Of a stretch of 64,000 bases of DNA, positions 13,301 through 25,451 are shown piece by piece; the stretch's first letter is position 1; each line of letters begins with the position of its first letter. This DNA comes from Lingula anatina (taxonomy: Eukaryota > Animalia > Brachiopoda). The position numbers and the translations under genes are program-made. The notes below the pieces were generated by a model. That model saw only the letters and a program-made list of their open reading frames with translations. It did not search any database and had not been told where the DNA came from. The DNA lies in the NCBI GenBank assembly GCA_051362555.1, contig CM120648.1, forward strand, positions 15,124,587 to 15,188,586, read 5' to 3'.

Positions 13301-16300
13301 ATTTAAAGTTGCGTTAGTCTATTAAGTAAGGCAAATCTATAATACTAGCTAAGAACTACACTTTTGAGCAAGATGTTCATACTTTTAATCCAGTAAGTTG
13401 AAACAATTGTGTGTTTACACACATCCGATCAAATACATTGCCAGTGCAGATACTTAAGGCAGCATGTTCGAAGTTAGTAACCAGCAATTTCCATGCTTTT
13501 ATCACCTTACGACTCTTTATAAAACTTTGCAATAGTTAAGGCGTTAGATTCTCCCTTGTATGTGCAATATAAAGTGCATTTTGCCCTTGCAATTGTCAGC
13601 CTCTACATCTGCACCTACATGCATACTGGAGCAACTCTGGGCAGGTCAACAGCTTCTGGCAAATGTGTCCACAAGGGTCCACTGTTCCGCACAAGTCCAA
13701 CCAGAGTGAGCACATGGTATCTGATGACATGGCATTGTAGTGCTGATTCAGATATGTTCATCTCGCAAGAATACTCTTATATTGTTGTAGAGCAGCCTTG
13801 GTGGAAGTAAGATATGGCATCTAACGGCCTTTGGGTGTGAACAGAAACTTTTGAACTTCATTGATTAACAAAAAGAATTAAAATAGAACCATGCAGGTGT
13901 ATTTGAGTTACTTGGTAGAGAATAGAAACTGACAAAGTACAATTTGAAAAAACTTTTTAGAAAATATTGAACAAAATGAAAAATATCTTGGAAAGCTGGT
14001 CTCTGAGAAACCTTTCAATAATAGGAAAGTCAACCGTGGTTCAACCTTTAGTATTTCTCATCTTACGTAGTGCATGTATAAACTCTCCTACCAGCCCCCC
14101 TCCCTCAATACTTAAAAATATGCATATCATATTTAACTTTATCAGGAATGGAAAAAGATACAAAATAAAATGAGCAAGGATGGCGTCTGATTACAAAAAT
14201 GGACGGTAAAAGGTACCGCAAATGAAAATTTTACTAAGGCCCTAAACTTTACATGGCTTAAAAGACTTCTTTATGAAGAAAATAAGAGTAAGTGGAGAGC
14301 GTTTTTCTCGGCGAAATGCTAAGAATCGGTAGTAACAAAACGTGGGTTAAAAATACTAAAAGCAACTTCTTATCCCTTTTGGCAAAGATTATTGGTTCTT
14401 TGAGTGAAATTCAGGAAGATTTCAATTTAACCCCAGATGAAATCCTATCACAACCATTATGTCAAAACTCAAAAATTGAAAGAAATTGAAAAACTATTTT
14501 CCATAAAAGATGGTGTAAAAATGTTTCTTTTTTTACATCAATGATATTATAAATGACATTTGAAACCCCCTCTGTCTAGAGGAAATCAACAAAAAATCAA
14601 CCTTAATACTAACTTTCTGGGCTAATTCAGCATCCTAAAGAGCTTACCATCTGAATGGCTATCTCTTCCCATGGAAGGAAATTACTCATAGCATTCCAAG
14701 AAATAATTGACTCAATTAAACAAGTTACCAAACCATCCAGATATTTTTTCGCAAAAACTATTCCAAAGTCATATAATATCACCACATAAAGGTGTAGGTG
14801 AATGGCAGACATATTAAAAAAAAAACTTGAGTACTGATAATTGGGAACTAACATTTAAGAAACGGATCACAAGAAAATGAAGTTGCTCCAATTCAGAATA
14901 AATCATAGAATATTCAATACTTATGCTTATCTTATGAATTTGAGAATTTTGCAATACTGCTAGGGAATATTTCTGTACGTTTTTTGGGATTGTCCACATG
15001 TAAAAAAATGTTTGGATGTGCATCATTTGCCCCGCTAAAGATAATTTAGGTGTGGTCATTGATAGATCTCCGGAGATATTTGTATTTGGGTTTGTGCAAG
15101 CATACACTATTTATGTACCTATCTTAATAATTAAGAAACATGTTAGTATATGTAGAATGTGAACAGAAAGATGGGAAGGGACTGGAGGGTATGTAAAATG
15201 CTACAGAGATATCTGCATATATATTATTAAATATATATTATTAAATATATAATGTTAAATACTTGTTGCTAGGGTAATATGCTGCCTAGCAACTGTTGCA
15301 ATGGTTTACTTGGGTTTTTCATGTCTTAAAATAGTATAGTGATAGTTCTGATGGTTTGAAACATTATTAAAAGCCTTTTTAAATCATTTAAACTGAACAA
15401 GAAAGGTCCAATTAGTTTGTTACTAAGGTAAATCACTTCCTTAGCAACAGTTGCTAGGCAACGCTTTGAAATTTTGGGCACTGCCCTTGAAAATGATCAG
15501 CATAGTCCAAAGAACATTTGTGCCAAGTTTCATGCTTTTTCCACATTTTGAGCAATTTTTGCACCAGTCATCTAGACTACAAGAGTTTGTTTGCCTAACA
15601 GAGTATCGATTCTCTCCCTTTGAAAGGTGTCAGTCGGTGAAATAACAACATTTTTGAAATACAAATGTTAATCATTGAGGTACTCATTTTAGACAGAAAA
15701 TGCTTAAGTTTATTGTTTATTGATTTATTTGTCACCTTTACTCCTGCAAAGACGCTGTTTGAACTTTGTCGAAAATCATGCATCCCAGAGGCTTTGTATT
15801 CCCTCCACCAGCCCTTTGCGCGGCATGAAATCTGGAAAAATAAGATGATAGGGTCACTATACGCATTCGTTTGCACGCACATCAGGTAAATATTCGTAAT
15901 GTGGATACATTATATTACCTTGTGTATACATATGACATAGCTTTCTTTTGTCTCGGTAGACACAGTTTGACAATTTTTGTATTCATATCGTGTATTGGGT
16001 AGAGCTTTTCGGTAAACTTACATGTTTTCCAAGGTTATATTGGAGAGTCCAGATATCAAATTTAGCTCTAAATTTATTTGTATGGTCGGCCGTTGCATTC
16101 TGTATGACGACACCATCCAACATGAATTGTACGAAGAACACTGCAGACTCTGGGTCGGTTGTTTCATCAACTGATATCTCGCAGTAAATTAATATTTCCT
16201 GTTGCTCCACCTTTATACTGGAAACTTGTGGATCTTTTAGCATTTCAGGATACCGAGCTTACAGCAAAATAAAAATGTATGAAATTATACATATTGCATT

Positions 16301-19300
16301 CCTTTGCCAAATACCAATTAGGAAAACAAACAGTTCTGCCGTTACATGTAGAACAGTTTACCAATTTCACGTGCAACGTTTGAAAATGCACACCGTCAAA
16401 ACACTTCTTTTGACATTTTAATGTTTTTAAAAACAATCAAAATTAAGAGCAAAATAGCGAGCAGAAATATACACATATCTTAATGTATTTGGGCACTGTA
16501 TTTAATTTCCTGGTTGATTAACTTCGCAAAAATCATATGTTTAAAAACAAGTAAATTGTGCCCCTTTCCCCTATATGTACCTTTTGATACTAATACATGT
16601 GCACTGTATCTTTGCAGATTGAAAATGACCACCGCATCTCTAAATAATGCTATCATTTAAGACAGCAATCAGTACACATTTCGTATTTAAAACATTAAAT
16701 GCAACTAGACCAGAATCTTGACATCTAAAAATGTTTCCGACTTCTCCCAAATATTCTTTAAGATGTTTTTTTTTCATGATGTATTCCGTATATGTATGTC
16801 AGAACACTTGCAACATGCTTTCTTGGTTTTATTTTGATATTTTTAAACTTAAATTTACTAATACTGGTATACTGTGGACAATCCTGAGAAATTCTCACAT
16901 AAACATGTAGATGGGGTGGGGTCATTCAAACCACATGGGTAGTATTTTAATGAGACTCCAGATTTCTTCAGACTAAAGTTGCATTTATTTAACCCTTTTG
17001 CACTTTAACTGAAACTTCATAAGATATATCGAAACATTGGTATAAAAAGACGGGAGGTTGAATGATATACTGGTATCTTTTTCCCTAAGTGTATATTATA
17101 TGCGACCTAAAATATAGGACTGATGCAGTAGTATCGAAGTAGCTAAGAAGCATTAACGCAGTAGTGGTTTGGAGCATATTTGCAGTAGAAATGCAGTATA
17201 GCCTACTGCAATTCTACTCCAAAAAGTACGTAGGTCTGTACAGACAAGAAGTTATATATAACTTCTTGGTACAGAGAGGAGCATTAATGCAGTAGATTAG
17301 CAGTTTGATCTATAGAAGCATCTTTCAAATATGCTAATTAGGTCCCAAATCGAAGCAGATTTGAGGCATGTTTGCAGTATGATTGCAGTAGTCTACTACG
17401 CTGGAGTATCTACTGCGTTTTCGTGCGGGATGTACCGTAAATTTGCAAAATCGGCGCAAAGAATAATAATAATAATAATTTATACCAGTAATTTAGGTCA
17501 CCGGCCCATATTACATTTTATAATTGATACTAAGATAACCACATGTAGTATGACAAAAACAAAATTATTATACAAGTGTAACAAACATCTCATCACTGCT
17601 AGTAATACAAAATAAGAACATGGTGCAAAGGCATAACAGAAACATAAGCCAACAATTAATATATAATGAGACAAACAACAGTACATCATACACACAATTA
17701 TATCATTAAGCAATATTTTAACATCAGGGTTAATACATTTAACTCTTTTGCAATGCACTCTTGTTTTAATTCTTTAAACCTGTCAAATAATATGTTTCTC
17801 TTATTCTCCGCGTGAACTAGAAAAGCAGCTACTCTGCGAATAAGTGCAGCATCAACGGTAGTCTGGCACATTTTTTTCTACTCCGTATGTTTGGTAACCA
17901 TTTTTCTCTGAAATCGTTGTAAAACGGGCATTCCAGAAGAAAGTGTTTTTCTGTTTCAACTACATTTACATCACAGCACCTACACAGTCGCCTATTTCAG
18001 TTTAATCCAAGGTGTCTTCCCTTTTCAATCATGAGTGAGTGATTTGAACATCGAAATTTAGAAAGAGCTTTTTTATGGTGAGTCTTATCGACCACCCTTA
18101 GGTAATTTTCAAAAATAAGCTCTTGCTTATACAGTCGGTATACAATGAAGAAACTGAAAGCTACTATTCAGCTTTTTTCCAAAGACGTCACGTAGTTTCA
18201 AATATAATAACCTAGGAGGAGGGTGTGCAGTGAGTGTGGTGTTTCGCATTAATATACAACGCAAACTAGTTGCAATTTTGGATCCAAACCTTACATCCCC
18301 CCAAAAAAAATACACTGGACATCACTGATTCTGCAACTCTACAAGGAAAACAAACGTTTATTTCGATTTTAATAAATACTTTTTAAAGAGCTAAATGCAC
18401 TTTATCTTCTTATATACATAATTTACATAAGTACTAGATATTTAGTTTTTTACATCCGCTGCTAGAAAATAAAGTTGCCTACTTACGCTTGCACTTTTGC
18501 ACTCCGTTAAGCTGATATGGCAGGTATCCATTTGGACACTTTAAACGAGGTTGGCCTACAAAATCATAATGATGTACAAAATATTAAATGATATAGATAG
18601 ATAAAAGCAAATTACCGTTTGATTCACTAGGATAAATAATTAACTCATACACTACACATGGCGTGCATTTTCTATTATACCAATATGACAGCTATAGTCC
18701 CTTAATTGCTTGCCCAGTTTTTCGTTGATTCACATGCATTTCAAGGTCAATCAAATTCACTAGAATTTTTATTTTATTTGGCAGCAAAGTCATACAGCAT
18801 TAAAACGAAGAAAGTTGCCATACGCTTATCTGTACATGTAGGTATCCCTATTCTGTATTACCAAAATTAACTTATTAGAAATCAATGGAAATTTATTATT
18901 TTGATATTGCTCTGGTAAGGAAAATTTAAAGCCTAGATTACATTTGGAATGTGATGCCCGAACGGTGCAAGTATACTGCCCATAATTCTATTTTCGTGCG
19001 GTGTCTGAGCGGGGGTAGACGGTGGCCGTGCGAAATCGCGCGGAATCGTACGGCATCCGCAGTCTCTACAATTTTGTCAAGATGTAACTTTTGACATTTT
19101 TTAAAATCGTTAGCCCCATAGACATTTACAATATCGAGATGGCATTGCGCTATTATATCCCTGCACGGAAATTGCACCAGGCATTGCACGGACATTGTAC
19201 GGGCATTGAACGGTGGACTTGCGGTTATCGCGCAATAACACAAGGCGATCCTGCTATACGGAGCTGTCAGAATTAATAAAATTAAATATTACATTTGCCA

Positions 19301-22011
19301 CGGGCGGCGCACTATAGCCTCGGTCACAACCGGACGCACGAATTTTAGGATCGTACGTCCCCTCTGTGGAGTGCGTAGAGGTAGAGGAAAGTCTGCCTTG
19401 CGAGTCACAGGGGCCACATGAGATGTCCTTTCAAGGAGGGACGCTAATTGCAAGGTGCGATGGCCGTGGAAATTGTACTCATTTCTTTAATTTCTCTTGC
19501 TACCCGCGTACGTGGCACGAACTCACCACTTACGAAGGAAATGCAACGTACGGCGAAAGTAGTGCCCTTTTAAGTCAGTTTTGCTTCACACATGACTCAC
19601 ACGTTTGTGATGACGTACTGACGGCGTACGTCAGTTTTGCTTCCTGTTGTCCCTTTCTTTCTTCTTCCTCCTCCCTTTTCCCCCGCAATCTAAGCTTCTT
19701 TCTCTTGCCTTTTGGAGGAATATTAGAAACTTAATTGAGCAAACTTTTGAAAATTTGAAAATTGTTGTACACGTTACACATTCGACGTTCATTGTAAAGA
19801 CACGAGCGTGCGGCGTGATTACACCTTTTATACTCCAAAACTATACTGGCGTAGGGGTGACACACGTCCGACGCATTTCCGCGGTGCTTTAGACTTTGAT
19901 CGTTAGTTGTGAAGGCATGCGCCGTAATCCACACGCAAAGAGCACTTGCTCCTTCATTGCTTGCGACGTGCGTCTTTGACCACAAAGGTCTCACTTACTA
20001 ACCCCTAGCAAGTGAAGCAAGTTACGTTTGCGGCCTTGCTGTTAGCAAATTATTAGTAGAATCTCTTGGACATGTCCAACAGCCTCCTTACGTGCATACG
20101 GGCTGTCTGCGAAGTCCAAATTTCGCAAGAGGGACTTGTGTCAGATCGCATTACACAGTATCGGACGCGACACCGCTCTTGCCTTGTACGCGATGTGATT
20201 CTCAGCGGGGTTGAAAAGCATTGCATCACCACTCAAAATTTGTTCAGGGTATTATACTGTGTAATGCGATCTGACACACACCTTATAACGGGTAGTGTGG
20301 TCTGATCTACCGGTGAATTCAGGATCATTCGGTGCCGAGCCTGGTAGTTGGGTAGGCCTGAATAGCAGGTTTACCATTTTTTGTGTTATCAAGTAACAAT
20401 ATTGTTAGGATGCAGAAAATATCAAAAGAACACTTTCACATATGTAATTAGTTCAATAATAAGATTATTGACATACCTAAGAATTAAATCTGAAGAAAAC
20501 CCACTTATAATCGCCAGAACTGAACTGATCAAGCTTATCTTCAAACATGATTGTATATTAGTTAGATTGTTCATCCTGTGAGTTGCAAAACAATAGGCTG
20601 ATCGGTTTTCCTTGAAATGTGTTATCAGTGTTGCACATATGCTGAAAAAAGTGAAAAAACGGCGTAACTTTTAAAAATGGTCCGATCATGCTGATTTTCG
20701 ATCTTGACCTGCGTATTATGAATATTCATCAGCTCTGTAAGTTTCAAGCCAAAAGGTAAAACGGTTTTTAACTTATCGTGTTATCGGTGAAAGTGCACGG
20801 TGAGAGCTACAGTATATGTACAGACACATCTGTGTCTATACATAAAAAAAAACGTACGGGCAATAATCGTGTACGATTTCATCGCACACCTCCTGTGGAA
20901 AATGTCACCTAGGTTTTTACATTTTAAAAAATGTACAATTTTTGTATTGAAAACGTATCAGAGAAAAGTATGAAATAAGACCGTCCGAACAAGTATTCGA
21001 ACTCACACAGGTACAACATACTTCTTTTATCGATCATAACAAGTATGTCTGACCTTACCTGTAGTGCAGTATGCCATGTCGCAGGTCGGAGGTGGTGGGA
21101 GACGGTAAATGTAGAATTTGCTTGATCCAATGCAGCATCTCTTTATGCCAACCTCCAAGTTGAAAACTGGTTTACATATCTGTTGTGTTCCATAAATGAA
21201 GCACGCTTCCTTTGTCACTTCTTCATTACATGCCAGGTTAGGATGCAGGTCCTTCAGGAAGATCGGCATATCTGTTGTACAATCCCCGGACAGGGGTTTG
21301 CGGGCAGAGTCCGACAGCTGATGACCGGATCCTCCAAGAAACCGATACCATCCTGTACTTAGGCTGTGGTCACATAATGCAGGTTCTGAAGGTTTCAATG
21401 TACTGTTCTGGTTTCTTCGTGGGTCAGATCGTGGTTGGTATATAAAGCAAGGATCGTAACCAGCTTGGCACGGGTACATCTGCACTGCCAAAATGCTTAA
21501 ACTCCCTAAGAAAGAAAATTATCTCAGGAATGAAAGTTGGTAATGTAAAATACGTCTTTTAAATTCAGACAATACGTAAAAGGATGAAGAGTGAAAACAA
21601 TGAAGGCAAGCTTGTTGGGATATAAATAAATAAACTTTTGATTAACAGTTTTGCAATATAAGCAACAATATATCGAAAGTTGAGATTGTGTACTAAGCAT
21701 TGGATGCCAAGAGATGTCAATTTATTTCATTCCATCAATTCACGGTTAGAACTAGAAACTAACGGACAGTATTATCAAAATCCATTTTATTGAGTTTAAC
21801 TGACCAAGAAGATTCGTTCTTGTCATACTTTCCTTAAAACACTACCTTTATGACAAGAACGAATCTTCTTGGTCATAAAGGTAAAGTTTTAAGGAAAGTA
21901 TATAAAAAGCAGTGTAATAAAAAATGGGCAACTTAAATATCAAACGACTGCCCGGTAGTTACTAATACATGTATTGTATTCCAATAACTTACCGATTATT
22001 AGGAGCCACAT
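488..22011 (-). CDS. VWDE: Paralog A: VWDE-like secreted protein, C-terminally truncated (about 1086 aa if the new 488-534 terminal exon is used)
   Basis: Exons: 21993-22011, 21059-21505, 18487-18555, 16022-16257, 15736-15831, 9806-10192, 9431-9504, 8996-9065, 4425-4670, 3769-3929, 2494-2971, 1786-2217, 1311-1577, 913-1030, 659-772. These have the same lengths and phases as paralog B exons 1-15 (exon 2 is one codon shorter), with no stops seen. The 3' end is uncertain: a retained acceptor leads into 488-534 (DESPLTQHLAQMKCY*), or splicing may go to the remnant EGF exon at 206-286. Confidence 0.8.
659..772 (-). CDS. Paralog A exon 15 (EGF-like)
   Basis: Homologous to 30261-30374. Confidence 0.85.
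   Translation of the reverse strand, partial: NRPCRVPNVVDFPASAQEANGNVYALGATKTMIMDYV
913..1030 (-). CDS. Paralog A exon 14
   Basis: Homologous to 30502-30619. Confidence 0.87.
1311..1577 (-). CDS. Paralog A exon 13
   Basis: Homologous to 30875-31141. Confidence 0.9.
1786..2217 (-). CDS. Paralog A exon 12 (EGF)
   Basis: Homologous to 31411-31842. Confidence 0.9.
2494..2971 (-). CDS. Paralog A exon 11
   Basis: Homologous to 34296-34773; KKRRRRGVR. Confidence 0.9.
3106..3206. repeat. 36-bp tandem repeat, about 2.8 copies
   Basis: Unit TATACTAGTTTAATAATAAAGTGACATTTGAATCCG. Confidence 0.9.
3379..3686. mobile_element. MITE with about 105-bp terminal inverted repeats
   Basis: CAGGCCTACC...GGTAGGCCTG with long complementary arms; a partial second copy lies at about 20137-20360. 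Confidence 0.85.
3769..3929 (-). CDS. Paralog A exon 10 (VWD end)
   Basis: INLPSGAWV...[10 protein letters not shown]. Confidence 0.88.
4425..4670 (-). CDS. Paralog A exon 9 (VWD)
   Basis: [20 protein letters not shown]. Confidence 0.88.
6158..6480 (+). mobile_element. 3' fragment of a Penelope-like retroelement inside the Tc1 copy
   Basis: Not present in the sister Tc1 at 22721. Encodes RRIAEQKFIRTLDTLNN.FNRD*, resembling the end of a GIY-YIG endonuclease, followed by a hammerhead-like motif. Confidence 0.7.
6381..6420 (+). ncRNA. Minimal type I hammerhead ribozyme-like motif
   Basis: TAATCC-CCGAAGA-A-GGCC-CAGG-GGCC-GAAA-GC-TC-GGATTG: stem I TAATCC/GGATTG, stem II GGCC/GGCC, palindromic AGCT in place of stem III. 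The core has C instead of the canonical U4. Confidence 0.62.
7436..8803 (+). mobile_element. Tc1-like DD34E transposon, family 2, near full length but with disrupted transposase (about 7618-8629)
   Basis: TA-flanked about 32-bp TIRs CACACACTGG.CAA.AGAAGTGTCA; GRPRKTT, FSDE, QDDNAPCH, WPAQSPDTNIIENVW, RGYATKY*. Confidence 0.95.
8996..9065 (-). CDS. Paralog A exon 8
   Basis: [23 protein letters not shown]. Confidence 0.85.
9431..9504 (-). CDS. Paralog A exon 7 (VWD start)
   Basis: [16 protein letters not shown]. Confidence 0.87.
9806..10192 (-). CDS. Paralog A exon 6
   Basis: Homologous to 49263-49649. Confidence 0.87.
10366..12973 (-). mobile_element. Non-autonomous Academ-like DNA transposon, copy 1 of a tandem dimer
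   Basis: TAG...CTA termini and about 330-bp imperfect TIRs. A 3-bp CAA duplication surrounds the whole dimer. A minus-strand remnant at about 10950-11240 (TKAALQQ..., GW...PLWTHLPEA..CPELL..CRCRC...CTLYC) resembles the C-terminal Cys-rich end of AcademX proteins. The DNA-transposon structure is certain; the superfamily call is by recall. Confidence 0.75.
11280..12640 (+). mobile_element. Decayed L1/Tx1-clade LINE ORF2 3' fragment carried inside the Academ-like element (duplicated at 13886-15246)
   Basis: KMKNILESWSLRNLSIIGK.TVV, IFNFI.NGK..KIK and KALNFTWLKRLL resemble the post-RT region of Tx1/L1 ORF2; many frameshifts. Confidence 0.75.
12972..15579 (-). mobile_element. Non-autonomous Academ-like DNA transposon, copy 2 of a tandem dimer
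   Basis: Apparently identical to copy 1 at a 2606-bp offset; the ORF track repeats exactly. Confidence 0.75.
15736..15831 (-). CDS. Paralog A exon 5
   Basis: Homologous to 49992-50087. Confidence 0.85.
16022..16257 (-). CDS. Paralog A exon 4
   Basis: Homologous to 50274-50509. Confidence 0.85.
18487..18555 (-). CDS. Paralog A exon 3
   Basis: [23 protein letters not shown]. Confidence 0.8.
20366..20512 (+). repeat. About 150-bp dispersed repeat, three copies
   Basis: Also at about 23855-24000 (inverted, inserted in the Tc1) and about 63421-63567. Confidence 0.8.
21059..21505 (-). CDS. Paralog A exon 2 (D8C domain)
   Basis: CDHSLSTGWYRF...[14 protein letters not shown]. Confidence 0.9.
21993..22011 (-). 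CDS. Paralog A exon 1 (start codon)
   Basis: Identical to 52553-52571. Confidence 0.75.
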
Positions 22012-22720
22012 TGTAGGATCGATGACACTTCAGTACATTTAGGTGCAGTGATTACTTGACCAATGTCAACCTATGAAGAAATGTTGCTCGTTTACTAAAA
22101 CGGCAGCAGTTAAAAGCAGCCACTCTAGATATAGTAGGCAGTTTTCTAAAATTTCGTTCCCACCTCATTGAACCATACAATTTGGTTTTTCCTTGACCTT
22201 CTACCCTTCAGATATCGGTAATGTCAAAGATATCAACATCCATATGACGGATTGCACACAAGGCAAATAACTTTGTCAAATGTGTATGGTTTTGCATAGC
22301 AACCAGTGTACAAAATTTGATAAAGGCACTCAGTCGTTGACATTGGACGATAGTGCGCCTGGTGTATCTTCTTCATAATCTTGCTTATTGGTTAAATATA
22401 TCATTTTTATCAACGTATGGACATAACAGACAGGAAGTTAAATATTGAATTATAATATGTGGCACCCCAACTACCCTTTTCAGGCGTAAGCTTTGACCTG
22501 AACGACAACTATATAGAGGAAAACGTGATGATAACATGTCACAGATTTTAAAAAGTTCAGCGAACTATTCACCTGACATGGCTTGTAAGCATGAGGCTTA
22601 TTTGTGAATAATGCGGTACGGTCACTGCATTCGTTTTTCGATCTATAAAGAACTATTAAAGAATTTCTCTGACTGACAAATATCATTAGGTCTTATCAAG
22701 GCGTTCTTTCTTTTATTATA

Positions 22721-24467
22721 CAGGGTTAATACTTAATATGGAATATTATTTTTGGGCGAGTTAATTTTCTACAAAATAGTTTTTTTCTCTCTTACTATTT
22801 TAAATCCAAAACTGAGGTGTCACTCCATGTGTAGCCAGGTGTGTAACCTAATTACCACACAACCCTCGAAACAATTGATGCATACACTGGCAGTTCTGTG
22901 GTCAGAAATGTGAGGGGTTGTATTTTCTGTAATTTTTGCCCTTGTATAAAAATACATGGGTTTTGTCCATCTTTGGAGTGTATTTCGAGAAGCAACAAAG
23001 GGATCGCTCTGAAACTTGACAGGTACCTTAGAGGAGATATGGTTCGACAGCTTAATAAACGCAGCTTACTATGGGATTTTTGCCCTCGGAGAAAATGGCC
23101 CGAAACGGACAGCCATTGTCAGGCAATTCAACATTTATCAGGAGCCGTTAGTGAAGTCCTCCAAAGAAATGCTATAACAGGGACAACTACTCCAATATCT
23201 CGATCAGGATGTCCTCATATCACAGCAAGAAAACAGGATCACCTTCTCTTTAGACCGTGCGGTGCTGGTCGTAAAAAGACAACCAGTGACCTCAGAAAGG
23301 AGTGGCAGAATGTCATTCAAACGCCCGTTTCAAGGTCCCTCGGGAACAAGAGATTACTGCAAGCCGGTTATTTTGCACGAAGACCAGTACTAAAAACACT
23401 GTTAACAGCAGGTCATATACAGTGACGTCTGCAATGGACTGGAAACCACGTGCGTTTGCAGCCAAAACACTGAAATCACGCCGTTTTCGGTGATGAGGTC
23501 AGATATGGAGTCTTTAAGGTTGACGATCGCCTCCGTGTCCGCCGACGTGTACAAGAGGCATATAACGATGATTGTGTACTGCCTAGAGTGCAAGCAGAGG
23601 GGTGGAGGTGGTAAAGTCTCTGTTTGGGGAGCGTTTCATGCCGGTGCCAAGAACCAGTTGGTTTTTCTAGAAGGCAACCTCAACCAGGATTCCTACAGAG
23701 ACATTCTACAGCAAACAATGCTTCCCTTTGTAAGAGTCATCTTTAGGAACAACTTTGTGTACCAAGACGACTACGCACCCCAACATCGAGCTCGCAGAAT
23801 CACCGTTTTTCTTCAAAACCAATGGCCTGGCCTGCCCTAGCCTGCAAACTCTGATGATTATAAGTAGTTTTTCTTCAGATTTAATTCTTAGGTATGTTAA
23901 TAATCTTATTATTTAACTAATTAGATATGTGAAAGTGTTCTTTTGATATTTTCTGCATCCTAACAATATTGTTAGTTGATAAGACAAAAATGGAAAAAAC
24001 CCACAGAATTAATAGCTATGGTCATCGGTCGGTAAATCGTGATGAACTACAACAGGCAAATATCACTGCGTGGAAAGATATCCCCATCCAAACTCTGAAA
24101 AACTTGTCATAGGGTATGCCATGTACGGTGAGGGCGCTGCAAACAGCTGCTGGAGGTCATACCCGCTATTAATGACTTTTCATGATTTACTATAGTGAGT
24201 TCTTTGACTGTGTGACATATCACCGTCCGGAGGCTATCATTTTCTTTAATATCCTAGCTTAAATGTTGATATGGTTTTCTGGGGGTGTTCTTTTCTTTTG
24301 AATGAAATATTATGTCAGATTTGATATTATTGACCAAAATATCTCACAATAGAAGACTGGATATATTTATCACTCAATGACATACTTTTTTGATGAAAAA
24401 GCCAAAAAATTGAATCTGCACTAAAAATAATAATGCTAAAAAAATTCCATATTAAGTATTAACCCTT
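22721..24467 (+). mobile_element. Decayed Tc1/mariner transposon, family 1, second copy, about 0.7 kb upstream of the paralog A start
   Basis: Same TIRs as 5261-6955; RSGCPHIT, ARRP, VWGAF, YQDDYAPQH; absent from the paralog B upstream region. Confidence 0.92.
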
Positions 24468-25451
24468 TAGTAGGGAATAAAGTTCTCATAAATTCTTTTC
24501 AATACGTAATATATGACAATATCATTATGATTAAAAAAAAAACGCTAACCGTAAAAATGGATAAAAAGCGTCCAATCATTAAATACATGCTTGACCTTGC
24601 ACAACCATAACTTTAATTAGTAGAACTTAACAATAGGCCAAGAAAGGTATTTCACCTCCACCCCTTCAGACTTTTACAGGCCAGTTTCATGGGGGTTGTG
24701 AGGTCTTGATTTTTTCTTTATTCTCATATTGTTGTCTCACAGAAAGCAAATTATAGGCCTAAAATAGCTGCATGTCCCCTCAGTTATATTTCCAGTCTTC
24801 AGTCCTGTTGAGGGATGTTTTAGCGGTGTGCGGAACCCATGTCACACTAAGGGAAATAATGTAATTTTAAAGTTATTCTAACCCTTTATCAGCATCCATT
24901 ACCGAAAATTAGCTTTTTCCTGCATCTGATTATTCAATAATGCATCAATCTTTGTGCTGATTTAAAGCAATGAAAAACCCTCATAAATATAAAATATCGG
25001 CGTTAATAATTTTTCGCTGCGATGTATAAGCATAGGCAATCCAAAGCTTTAATCGGCAATTTCAAACCTTTCTATTTTGAGGTGAGATACCTGTGGCAAT
25101 CGGTATGGGGCGTAACTGCATCCCTGAACGAGATTTTATCAAGAAGACCGGCAGAGTTGACCAGGAGGATATACACAGTAGGCTACAACCCTGTGCCGTC
25201 ATTTTGTCCTAAATGTTTTTTGTTGTGGAGTTATGAGTCCATAATTACAGAAGTTCATTTAACAAAGGCATTAACGTGCTTTATCAACGATGAAATCTGA
25301 ACTATAGAGGTAAGCCTCTTAAGAAAATTGCTGACAGGGTTTTGGAGTACTAAATGGTGTCATTAAAACGGCGTTAAAACGGTGGCCCTGGGTGCTCAGG
25401 TCATTAGCAATCCACATTGTTATGTACAGGTTAAGACACCATTTGCTTATA

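Larger units (their letters stand above)
1..24520. repeat. Segmental (tandem) duplication unit A, homologous to about 28110-53518
   Basis: Colinear exon, intron and upstream homology in the same orientation, interrupted by copy-specific insertions. The left edge lies at or beyond the window start. Confidence 0.88.

Noticed and set aside
18938-20135. ORFs in the GC-richer stretch of paralog A intron 2
   Set aside because: No recognisable protein motifs; absent from paralog B and rich in short recurring motifs (GCACGG, CGTACG), so probably repeat fragments whose boundaries I could not define.
22052-22168. 38-codon upstream ORF before the paralog A start
   Set aside because: The ATG is GTG in paralog B and probably lies in an intron upstream of an acceptor-like site.
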